A stretch of DNA of 64,000 nt from an uncultured delta proteobacterium. GTDB taxonomy: Bacteria > Myxococcota_A > Polyangia > Polyangiales > Houyiibacteriaceae. The notes below the pieces were generated by a model. It did not search any database and was not told the origin of the DNA. It worked only from the letters and a program-made list of their open reading frames with translations. Below, piece after piece: positions 51,520 to 59,928 of the stretch. The stretch is taken from contig CAWJRH010000001.1 in NCBI GenBank assembly GCA_963845195.1, forward strand, positions 1,202,212-1,266,211, in the 5' to 3' direction. The first letter of the stretch is position 1, and every line of letters starts with the position of its first letter. Made by a program: the position numbers and the translations under genes.

Positions 51520-52299
51520 CTAGTCGTCGGTGGAGATGAGGCCCTCGGTATCGGGTTCTATCACGTACACTACGACGCCAGCGCCCGCGCTCGCCGGGTC
51601 GCCGTCCACAGCGACGAGTACAATCGCCTCGCCAGCTTCGATCGAAAGTGAAATCGGTCCGGTCTGGAGCGTCGGGTCGGGCGGCACCGCATCGAACCGC
51701 AGTTGGTACTGTCCCGCGACCAGATCGATCGGGGCTCCGGACGTTCCAAACGCGATATCTGATTGGACTACGGAATCGTCCGTTGTGTCGGCGACCGTGA
51801 ACGCGGGCCAAAGCACGTCGTCGGCTCCGTGCGCAATGATCAAACGCCCTCGCTCGGGCTCGAGGTCATCGACGGTTTCGGCGACCTGCATCAGACTCAG
51901 CCCGGTCCGCGTACCCGAGTCGGCGTAGGCGATGAACGTGTGGCGCTCCGATGACCCGAACTCACCGTTGAGGCTCGCCAAGATGTCGGCCGGAGAGCCG
52001 ATCGGCGTCGCCTGCACCGTGTATAGGTCGGGATCGAATACCCCGTATGACGTGACTTCGCCGAAAACCACCCCCGGGAAGGTGCCTTCGCCGACCACGA
52101 CGAAATCGAGTGGGTTCGGCTCCGAGCTCGTCGTGCTTGGCCCAAGGTGTGCGATGCGCAGCCGCGTATCGAAGTCTGGCGAAGACGCTCCTCCGCTTCC
52201 CCCAAAGCCTCCCGCACTGTCATAGGAGCAGCCTACCAAGCCCCACAGCACCCACGCGACGGCTGCCGAGCGCGAGACGATGAGCGCGCGCCCAGTCAT
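51520..52299 (-). CDS. DUF4397-like lipoprotein
   Basis: Lipobox LVGC; two repeats LRIAHL..FG and LIIAHG..IAFG. Confidence 0.7.
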   Translation of the reverse strand: MTGRALIVSRSAAVAWVLWGLVGCSYDSAGGFGGSGGASSPDFDTRLRIAHLGPSTTSSEPNPLDFVVVGEGTFPGVVFGEVTSYGVFDPDLYTVQATPIGSPADILASLNGEFGSSERHTFIAYADSGTRTGLSLMQVAETVDDLEPERGRLIIAHGADDVLWPAFTVADTTDDSVVQSDIAFGTSGAPIDLVAGQYQLRFDAVPPDPTLQTGPISLSIEAGEAIVLVAVDGDPASAGAGVVVYVIEPDTEGLISTDD

Positions 52300-53336
52300 T
52301 CGCCTGGCGTTTGCCTGCCGTTGTCGCCTTGTAGACTGGCCCGTAGGGCGTGGAGCTTGGCGACCAACTGCCCCTGACTCTCGACGCCGAGCTTGCGCAT
52401 CGACGACGAGAGTGCGCTGCTCACGCGCGACGCCGAAATACCGAGGCGATAGGCCACCATCTTGCGACTCTCACCGAGCACCGAGTAGGCCACGACCTGG
52501 CTTTCGCGCTTGGTGAGTCCTCGAGGATCGGTAATGGCCGGCGGATTCGGGACGGCAAGCAGGTACCGGCGATCGTCGGTATCGAACCATTCGACCATCG
52601 ACCAGTGCCCCCGGAGCAGTGCCCACCACATCGCAAGCGCCTTTTCCGGGTCTTCGGTCCGGAGTTTGCCCCGAGCTTTGTCGAGACGCACGGCTGCTTG
52701 CCGGAGCGCCGTCAGCGACTTGGTGTGCTGCGCCTCGTTGACGGCCTCTTGGATGCGTAGGGTCTTGCCGTCGATGATCGCGTCGGCGCCCAACGGCAGT
52801 TGGCCGTGTTCGGGTGCGCTCCGAGTCTCCGAGAGAGCCCTGCGCAGTCGGAGGCCGGAGCTCAAGTGCGCTGCGAGCATTCGCCATCGGTTGCGCTCCT
52901 GCGGGCTCAAGCTGATCACTTCCGGTACGGGCGCCAAGACGTGAACCGCGTGTCCGTTCGGATCGATTGCAGTCACGCCCATCGCGTCTTTCGAGCCGAT
53001 GTGGCGCGACCACGCGTCGAGGAACGGTCGGTTGAGTTCTGACAGCACGCCGATTCCCGAGACCGAGCGCTGATACACTGCCTCGGGAGGCACTTCGCTC
53101 ATCGCGCTCATCAGGCGGGCCGAGAAATCCTCCGGGCCGTTGCTGATATGAAACCCCTCGACCTGAACGGGCCCCGTCTCGGCCGGTCTAGTCCCGTAGA
53201 GTCCCAAGACCCCGAGCCCGCGATCGAGTAGGGCGGCAGCTGCTTCGACGACCTGAGGAAACCAATCACCCTCGTCGACCCTGAGGTCATAGGCGGCTTC
53301 TGCCAGGGCGATCGTTGCTTCTGCGGAACGCTTCAT
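52296..53336 (-). CDS. LuxR C-terminal HTH regulator (myxobacterial type)
   Basis: W.ALLRGHWSMVEWFDTDDRRY..N then LTKRESQVV...VAYRLGIS...RKLG. Confidence 0.85.
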   Translation of the reverse strand: MKRSAEATIALAEAAYDLRVDEGDWFPQVVEAAAALLDRGLGVLGLYGTRPAETGPVQVEGFHISNGPEDFSARLMSAMSEVPPEAVYQRSVSGIGVLSELNRPFLDAWSRHIGSKDAMGVTAIDPNGHAVHVLAPVPEVISLSPQERNRWRMLAAHLSSGLRLRRALSETRSAPEHGQLPLGADAIIDGKTLRIQEAVNEAQHTKSLTALRQAAVRLDKARGKLRTEDPEKALAMWWALLRGHWSMVEWFDTDDRRYLLAVPNPPAITDPRGLTKRESQVVAYSVLGESRKMVAYRLGISASRVSSALSSSMRKLGVESQGQLVAKLHALRASLQGDNGRQTPGE

Positions 53337-53578
53337 GGCCTCCCGTGCTTGGAGAAAGCTAACCCATGCCAACGGCGGTCAATCCCAGGCCTGGGACACA
53401 GTGCAGCCCGAACCCATTTTCGTCCATACGTAATGTGTGCGAGCTCCCGTCCGCGGTGTTCATCCCTTCGGGCTACGGAATGCGAGCCCCCCTACGTTCC
53501 GCGAAGAACGAAGCCAAGGAAGAGGCGATCCCGCGAAGGATCGGGCGTTCGACGAAGGGCCTGTCGATCCCGCCATTG

Positions 53579-54019
53579 ATGGCCTCAGGCGGCCACGGTA
53601 GCCTTCTTACCAACTTGCCGTGCCGCACCTTGCTCTTCGTCGTCTTCATTCTTCTGCTGGGTGCATGTGCCAAGTCGGCTTCCACGAAGACGCCCCGCCT
53701 GACGATTAGCAAGCCCTGCACTGGGGGTGCAGTCGCGCGGTCTGTGAAGCACCCTGGGTTCGCTGAACTCTACGACCAGTGCGCCGCAAAGCGCCGAGAC
53801 GTTTACAGTACGGCAAGGTGCCTCACCGTCAGCGCCAATCTCCCAGAGGGCTGTGGCAACTGCTACGGAGCGTACGCCGCCTGCGTCAACGAGTACTGCC
53901 TTACCCTCTGCGAGAGCGACGCGACGACACCCGACTGCCGGGACTGTTCGCAGGACGCCTGCGCCGAGGCGTTCAGCGAATGCTCGGGTTTGTCGAGGGT
54001 CTTTCCCGGAACCCGCTGA
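53579..54019 (+). CDS. Cys-rich lipoprotein, unknown function
   Basis: Lipobox LGAC; 12 Cys in mature domain; start uncertain (ATG 53579 or TTG 53615). Confidence 0.7.
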   Translation: MASGGHGSLLTNLPCRTLLFVVFILLLGACAKSASTKTPRLTISKPCTGGAVARSVKHPGFAELYDQCAAKRRDVYSTARCLTVSANLPEGCGNCYGAYAACVNEYCLTLCESDATTPDCRDCSQDACAEAFSECSGLSRVFPGTR

Positions 54020-54029
54020 AGCGTTCGAC

Positions 54030-54431
54030 TCACAGCTTCAACTGAACGGGCTCTGGCTTCATGTGCGCCTTCATCATCGTTGCGAAATCGACTTTCCACT
54101 CACCGTTCATCTTCACCAGGGGCACAGTGGCAAAGCCGCCGCCTTCCATGAACCGCACGCTCGCGCTGCTCTCGTCGATGACTGCATCCGACGCTCCGCC
54201 TTCGGCGATCGTATGGAACATCTCCGTGCAGTGCGTTGCTGCGATGTAGTCGAGCATGTCGGCGGTCTCAGGCGTGGAGAGGCCCTTGGCCGCCTCGATA
54301 TTCCCGGCCGCCATCTCCTCGTAGAACGCTTCAGCGACAGTCGTCGGGGCGCCGTCGCTGCTCTCGGCGCAGCCAGCCATCAGCGCCGCGGTCAGAATCA
54401 TGAAAGGCAGGGCGTGGCGTGAAATCGTCAT
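54030..54431 (-). CDS. DUF4878/NTF2-like lipoprotein
   Basis: Lipobox MAGC, P..VAEAFY..M..GNIEAA, LVKMNGEWKV. Confidence 0.75.
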   Translation of the reverse strand: MTISRHALPFMILTAALMAGCAESSDGAPTTVAEAFYEEMAAGNIEAAKGLSTPETADMLDYIAATHCTEMFHTIAEGGASDAVIDESSASVRFMEGGGFATVPLVKMNGEWKVDFATMMKAHMKPEPVQLKL

Positions 54432-54532
54432 AACTAGGTTCTGGTGACAACCGTACCCGGCGGCAAGCGCTGCGGTGTGAGTTTCGCCCCCCTCGGCCTG
54501 ATCCCGCGTGACGGCGGGCAGTTTCCCGGCGC

Positions 54533-56734
54533 TCAAGCGTAGAACGACCCAGGCCATAGGCTGTCGACGACGGCGCGTTCTGCGCGCTCCCGCTTCCAGT
54601 ATTCGGATTCGGGATCGATTTCGAAGCTTCCGTCGATCCACGTTTGTAAAGTCGTCTCGAGACCGCTCGCGAAGGTTTGGTCTTGAACCACTACGTTCGC
54701 TTCGCTTTCCCAGAAGCTCGCTGTCGCGTCCAGGTTGGCCGAACCGATGCTGGCTATCCTGCCATCCACCGACATCAGCTTCGCGTGGACATAGGGCCGG
54801 ACCCGCCCGCCTCGTGCGACGACGCTGGGCGACGGCGGTGGAACGAACTCGTAGATTCGAACGCCGGCTAGCATCAAGGGCTCGAGCTTGGCCTTGACCA
54901 TGTACTCGAACGCCGTCCGGTGAAGCGGCGCAGGGAAGAAGGTGCCATCATCGCGGCGAGATGCCGCGTTTCCCGTCAGCAGCTTGACGGTCACATCGCG
55001 CGAGAGCAGTCGGTAGATGGCTCGTTCCAGTGCAGTCACGATCGGAAAATCGTTCACGATGTATACGTGACTCTCGGCGATGTCGAGCATGGCCTCATAC
55101 ATCGCAAGTCCGTTCGCATCAGCGAAACCTCGATGGACGACGAGTCTGCCCGAAGCGAGACCTTCGGATGAGAGAGGGGGAAGGACTCGGTCATCGACGG
55201 GGATCTCCTCACCACTTTGATGCTCCCAGGTCTGTATGAACGTGTCTTGTACGTCGCGGACCAGGGGTCCGCGGACTTCGATGTGAGCGTCGAGCCAAGG
55301 AATGCGTTCGTGGGGCGTGTTGTCGTGGATGGGAACCTCGTCGAAACCGCGAAAGTACTCATCGGACGCGTTCCGACCCGATACGAACGCGCGTAGCCCG
55401 TCGATGATCACGAGCTTCCGGTGATCTCTTTTTTTCAACCGCTGCACATCGACGCCCTTGCTCGATTCGATGGGACTCAGTGCCACCACATCGATGTTTG
55501 GCTCGGTCTTCAGCGAGAGGATCAACGGATTGGTTCGGCCGAGCACCTCTTCGTCAGAGTAGAGCGCGTCTACCATGAAGCGGATACGGACGCCTGTTCG
55601 CGCTCGCTGGATCAATTTCACGATGAGCGCCTCGGCAAACATGCTCGGTCGCACGATGTAGAACTGAATGTGAATGGAGGCGCGAGCAGAATCGATTGCG
55701 TCGAACAGGCGCTCCCGCGCCCGCCCATTGTCGAGCTCAGCGTGAAACGCATTGTCCGCCACCAGGGTTGAGCCAGTGCTCTGATCCAAGCGCCAGGTCA
55801 GTGCGTCGGTGGCACCTCGTTCGCGAAGCATCTCTGCGGCGCGCTCGAAGTCACCCGCCAAGTCGCCCGAAAGAGCACGATGTTCCGCTTCTTCGGGCGT
55901 CATGATCCGAGGCCGCTCCGCGGCGACCTCCTCTGATTCAGCCGTCCAGTCGCTCAAGATCATGGTGACCGGGACCCCGTCTGCGTGTAGGCGGCGAACG
56001 GCAGTGAGCCGAAACATCTCAACGAAGTCGAGGCCCATGCTCTTGAGTTCCTCTTCTTCTGCGGCGTAGATGAGAGTGGCGCCAGGGGGCAGCTGCTGAG
56101 CTTCCAGCGCGTCTCGGATGAGGGAGGCCCGATTCTTCTCGTGGATGTCGAAGTACGCCAGTTCGAAGCCCGCATCCACCAGGGCGCGTAGCGCGTCGAG
56201 TCGTTTGGTTGTCGTCGATTGGATTGCACCCGGGTCTGGCAAGAGCAGGTCGCCGTGCACCAACGCAACAGGCCGCCCGCATGCCACTTGCAAAATACGG
56301 TGCCCGCTCAAGTCCGACACGACCGAGCCGGCGGCATCACAGACCTTGACGCTCACTTGATGCAGGCCCGGTGCCGGCGCCCGGACGACTGCGAGCACCT
56401 CGGCGCTCCTGCCAATCGGAACTTGCGCGACGATCGCATTATCGATGTAGAAGCGCGCGATTCGGCCGAGGCGTGCTGCAATCCCCAGGTGGGCGCTGAG
56501 CTCCACCCACTGTCCTTCGGTCGTGAGAGACTCCCGCTGCACCCCGCCGACGAAGTGGCGAAGGCTTGGGCTTTCCGTCCATCGACCGATTGCGGCACCC
56601 AAAGACCGGGCGGCGGCCTCGAGCATCGACAGGCTCTGACCGCTCGGGAGCGCGCGACGGTCGACCTCTCCGGCCACCAGCGCGACGATTTGACGAATAC
56701 GTTCGCCTAGATCCTGAGGTTCTTCCTGGCTCAC
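54533..56734 (-). CDS. Phospholipase D/cardiolipin synthase family protein with long N-terminal extension
   Basis: Two HKD motifs (HRKLVIID..GRN; HAKLMSVD..GSANLD); about 300 extra N-terminal residues. Confidence 0.88.
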   Translation of the reverse strand: MSQEEPQDLGERIRQIVALVAGEVDRRALPSGQSLSMLEAAARSLGAAIGRWTESPSLRHFVGGVQRESLTTEGQWVELSAHLGIAARLGRIARFYIDNAIVAQVPIGRSAEVLAVVRAPAPGLHQVSVKVCDAAGSVVSDLSGHRILQVACGRPVALVHGDLLLPDPGAIQSTTTKRLDALRALVDAGFELAYFDIHEKNRASLIRDALEAQQLPPGATLIYAAEEEELKSMGLDFVEMFRLTAVRRLHADGVPVTMILSDWTAESEEVAAERPRIMTPEEAEHRALSGDLAGDFERAAEMLRERGATDALTWRLDQSTGSTLVADNAFHAELDNGRARERLFDAIDSARASIHIQFYIVRPSMFAEALIVKLIQRARTGVRIRFMVDALYSDEEVLGRTNPLILSLKTEPNIDVVALSPIESSKGVDVQRLKKRDHRKLVIIDGLRAFVSGRNASDEYFRGFDEVPIHDNTPHERIPWLDAHIEVRGPLVRDVQDTFIQTWEHQSGEEIPVDDRVLPPLSSEGLASGRLVVHRGFADANGLAMYEAMLDIAESHVYIVNDFPIVTALERAIYRLLSRDVTVKLLTGNAASRRDDGTFFPAPLHRTAFEYMVKAKLEPLMLAGVRIYEFVPPPSPSVVARGGRVRPYVHAKLMSVDGRIASIGSANLDATASFWESEANVVVQDQTFASGLETTLQTWIDGSFEIDPESEYWKRERAERAVVDSLWPGSFYA

Positions 56735-56894
56735 TCGCGGAGTATAGAGGGTGCTGGGGTGTCCGTCTCCGTCGAGTCGTGTCCGTGTCGCTCAAGCAGA
56801 AGCTGCTCGCAGCGCCGCAATTCCGATTACAGAGAAACGTTTCGCGTTGACCGTCGTACACCGGGTACCCTCGACGCCATAGGAGCCCCACTCG

Positions 56895-57968
56895 ATGACC
56901 CGTTTGTCTTTCTTCACCTCGTTCTTCGTTCTGTTCGTCACCGCCTGCGGCACTTCAGGGGACGGTCAGAGCAGCGTCTCTGGCGAGGCCCTCTACATGG
57001 AGCCGCACCCGGACGGCAACACGTTCGCGTGCGCGACCTGCCACTCGCTCGAAGAGCCGGCGCCCGATGGCGTGCGCCGACCGGGTCACCAGATCGGCGA
57101 TGCCGCGAACCGGCCTTCGTACAAGAATGGCCAACTCGTCGATCTCATCGACGCGGTCAATAGCTGCCGCGTCGAGTGGATGGCGGCCGAAGCGTACAGC
57201 GAGACTGATCCGAGCTGGCTGGCGCTGCAGGACTACCTGATCGGGGTTGCGGGCGACGGCGAGGCTCCCGCGTTGGCGTACGAGATTGTCCAGCCGCCCA
57301 CGGAACTCGATGGCGGCGACGAGAGCGCGGGACGGGAGCTCTTCAACTCGTCGTGCGTCGTTTGCCATGGCGTCGACGCAGCCGGGACCGAACGGGCCCT
57401 TGCCCTCCGGGGCCCACTCCTCGACGCTGAGACGATTGCCTCGCGCGTACGGACGAGCGGCGCAAGCAACAGCGCTGTCTATGACGGTCTCACCGGCGGG
57501 CGTATGCCGTTCTGGTCGGTCGATCGCCTCACCGATGACGAGCTCCGAGATCTCGTGGCATTCGTGCTCGGCAACGACGGAGGCGGAGACGGCGGCGGTC
57601 AGACGGGCGAGCTTCGCGAGTGTGACGCGACCCATCCGAAGATCGGTCAAGAGGCCGAGCTGAGCACCTTCTCGCACCAGGTTTCCGGCACCGCCGTCAT
57701 CGTGGACGACTGCACGATTCGCTTGGACGATTTCATCTTCGATGGCGCCGGCATCGACGTCCGGTTCTACGGTGGCCTCGGCGGCGACTACGACGACGGG
57801 TTCTCGATGAGCGAGGAGGACCTACGCCGGCCCGAGGGGTACGACGGTTCCGAGACGGTCTACGCGCAGCTCCCGGAGGGCCGCACGCTCGACGAGGTCG
57901 ACGGCATCAGCGTGTGGTGCGTGCCCGTGGCGTCAAGCTTCGGCGACGGCCTGTTTCAAGCCCCCTGA
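56895..57968 (+). CDS. Diheme c-type cytochrome lipoprotein (TsdA/SoxA-like) fused to a DM13 domain
   Basis: Lipobox VTAC; CATCH...VNSC..WM..ALQDYL; CVVCH...RMP; C-terminal HQVSG...GISVWC...SFG. Confidence 0.8.
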   Translation: MTRLSFFTSFFVLFVTACGTSGDGQSSVSGEALYMEPHPDGNTFACATCHSLEEPAPDGVRRPGHQIGDAANRPSYKNGQLVDLIDAVNSCRVEWMAAEAYSETDPSWLALQDYLIGVAGDGEAPALAYEIVQPPTELDGGDESAGRELFNSSCVVCHGVDAAGTERALALRGPLLDAETIASRVRTSGASNSAVYDGLTGGRMPFWSVDRLTDDELRDLVAFVLGNDGGGDGGGQTGELRECDATHPKIGQEAELSTFSHQVSGTAVIVDDCTIRLDDFIFDGAGIDVRFYGGLGGDYDDGFSMSEEDLRRPEGYDGSETVYAQLPEGRTLDEVDGISVWCVPVASSFGDGLFQAP

Positions 57969-57977
57969 CCCTCGGGT

Positions 57978-58136
57978 TTAGCTACGATTGGCTGCAATGA
58001 ACTCGGCCAGCGCGGGCGCGACGCGGTCACTCCAATCGTGCTTGCTCATCGTCTTTTCGTAGCTCTCGCGTGAGCCACGGATCCGCTGGGCGGCTTTGAC
58101 CGCAGGTGTGAACGCGATGTCGCTTCGCAGGCTCAT
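57978..58136 (-). pseudogene. Truncated pyridoxamine 5'-phosphate oxidase-like FMN-binding protein
   Basis: SDIAFTPAVKAAQ..RGSR..Y..LAEFIA N-terminus, stop after 52 aa with no room for the rest; ATGA overlap with VOC gene. Confidence 0.75.
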
Positions 58137-58546
58137 CGATCGTCTCCAATCGCGAGAAACTCCACCCGCAGGCCACCCGGGATCGTGCACATCATATGGC
58201 GGGCAGTCCCGGAGCCCAGGGGTTCCGGTCGAAACTCGATGCTGACTTCGGGGCACTCCTCGAGCCGTCGGGCGAGCGTCCCGAGCGCTTCCTGGTTGGG
58301 CACGCGAAGTGCGACGTGGTGCAGACCGATGTTGAGTCGGCGATCAAAGGGGGTCGCGTGAGCCGGGTCCTCTGCCTGCCAGAGCGTCAGCATCTCAGAT
58401 CCGTCGGAGACGAAGGCCGGAGGATAGTCGGGCTTCCCGCCGACGCGATCGAAGTCGAGCGTGTCCGCAAAAAATCGCGCCGTGGCATGGACGTCGGGAA
58501 CGGTGAACCCGACGTGATGAATTCCAACTGTTGTTGCTCCCGTCAT
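58133..58546 (-). CDS. VOC/glyoxalase family protein
   Basis: GIHHVGFTVPD, GLHHVALRV, PGGLRVEF; AGGAGG RBS. Confidence 0.88.
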   Translation of the reverse strand: MTGATTVGIHHVGFTVPDVHATARFFADTLDFDRVGGKPDYPPAFVSDGSEMLTLWQAEDPAHATPFDRRLNIGLHHVALRVPNQEALGTLARRLEECPEVSIEFRPEPLGSGTARHMMCTIPGGLRVEFLAIGDDR

Positions 58547-58596
58547 TCGAACCTCCTTGAGCGCTCTCGCCTCAGGATCCGAGTCTGGGTCGGTTT

Positions 58597-59157
58597 ATGA
58601 CGGTAGAGTCGCCCCGCCTCCGTTAGGCTCAACGAGCGCGTCGTTCGGCGCAGCAGCTGAACGCCCAACTCTTTCTCGAGGGCGCTTACGTACTTGCTGA
58701 CCAACGGTGTGCCGACCTGCTCGGTGCGGTCGAATCGATGGATGCCGCCGTTCGCGAGGACCGGGTTTCGCCTCGCGGGACTCTTCGCCTCACCGCACCC
58801 CCGGGTCTTGCGACGCACCACCTCGAGGTGCTCACGCGAGGCTTTCTCGAGCGATATCCCGACGTCCGGCTCGACCTCCAACTGACCCACCGGATGGTCG
58901 ATCTCGTCGAGGAGGGTGTCGATGTCGCCCTTCGAGTGACTGAGCCCGAGGACTCTTCACTCGTGGCCCGTTTCATCGCCCCGGTTCCGATCCTCGCCGT
59001 CGCGGCGCCTCGCTATCTCAAGGCACGCGGGACGCCGACGACCCCCCGTGACCTGCGCAACCACGATTGCCTCGTCGATACCAACTTTCGCGACCAGCAA
59101 CGTTGGCGCTTTCGTGTCGGAGGTAGAGCGATCACCGTTGCGGGTCGCGGAAGATAG
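58597..59157 (+). pseudogene. LysR (CrgA-like) pseudogene: N-terminus missing, HTH segment inverted, C-terminus truncated
   Basis: VSKYVSALE..LLRRTTRSLSLTEAG on minus strand (58598-58703); RCADLL..PRGTLRLTAP..VDLVEEGVDVALR on plus strand. Confidence 0.85.
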
Positions 59158-59250
59158 GGCAGGGCTCGACGGCGCATAGGAGCCTCCCGCGTTGGGAAAG
59201 GCGACCGTGGTCCCGACCAGCGAGGTCGCCGAGTGAAACCGTGATAAGGA

Positions 59251-59283
59251 TAGACTTTCTCAATGAGTGAGCGGATACTCACT
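59251..59283 (+). promoter_or_regulatory. Putative sigma70-type promoter with overlapping palindromic operator
   Basis: TAGACT-N17-GATACT (59251-59279); AGTGAG-N6-CTCACT (59266-59283). Confidence 0.55.
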
Positions 59284-59286
59284 TTA

Positions 59287-59928
59287 GTGTCAGCCCCGGA
59301 ATCCACCGAAAAAAAGGAGTCTTCCAGGAGTCGGCGGACGGCGGAAACCCGGTCGAAGCTGTTGGAGGCGTCCGCGGCGCTGCTGGTGGAGCGGGGCTAC
59401 AGTCGCTTGGCGACGGCCGCGGTCGCGCAGAGGGCTGGCGTGGCTCACGGCACGCTCTTCAAGCACTTCACGACGAAGAGCGAGCTGATGGCGGCGACGA
59501 CTGAGCTCGTCCTCGAGGATCTGGTCGGCGGGTTTCTCGGGATGGCGAAAGAGTTCGCGGGGCACCCGGAGCCGGTCGATCAGGCGCTCCGTGCGGTGTG
59601 GTCGTTGTTCCGCTCCGATCGCCTGCAAGCCACCCTCGAACTGTACGTGGCCGCACGAACTGACGAATCTTTGCGGGACGCGCTGCGCCCGATCTTCACC
59701 ACGCACCGGACCGCGTTTCTGTCGGCAGCGCGCGCACTGCTGCCATCGAGCGCAGACGCGGCACATTTCGAGTCGAACGTCACGGGGATCTTGGCGACGC
59801 TGCTCGGTGGTGCGCTGCTGTGGTCGGTCGTACCCGAACCGGACTTCTTCCGATCGGAGCTCGCCTTCGTGGATCGGATCGCAAGAGCTGAGCTGGCTCG
59901 ATTGGGCTCGAAGGACGGGGCCACATGA
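59287..59928 (+). CDS. TetR/AcrR family regulator
   Basis: TRSKLLEA..ERGY..VAQRAGVAHGTLFKHFTTK; ELYVAARTD; start GTG 59287 (alternative ATG 59263). Confidence 0.92.
   Translation: MSAPESTEKKESSRSRRTAETRSKLLEASAALLVERGYSRLATAAVAQRAGVAHGTLFKHFTTKSELMAATTELVLEDLVGGFLGMAKEFAGHPEPVDQALRAVWSLFRSDRLQATLELYVAARTDESLRDALRPIFTTHRTAFLSAARALLPSSADAAHFESNVTGILATLLGGALLWSVVPEPDFFRSELAFVDRIARAELARLGSKDGAT

Noticed and set aside
58598-58703. MITE or IS remnant suggested by TG...CA ends
   Set aside because: The interior is LysR coding sequence; no terminal inverted repeats beyond 2 bp and no target-site duplication.
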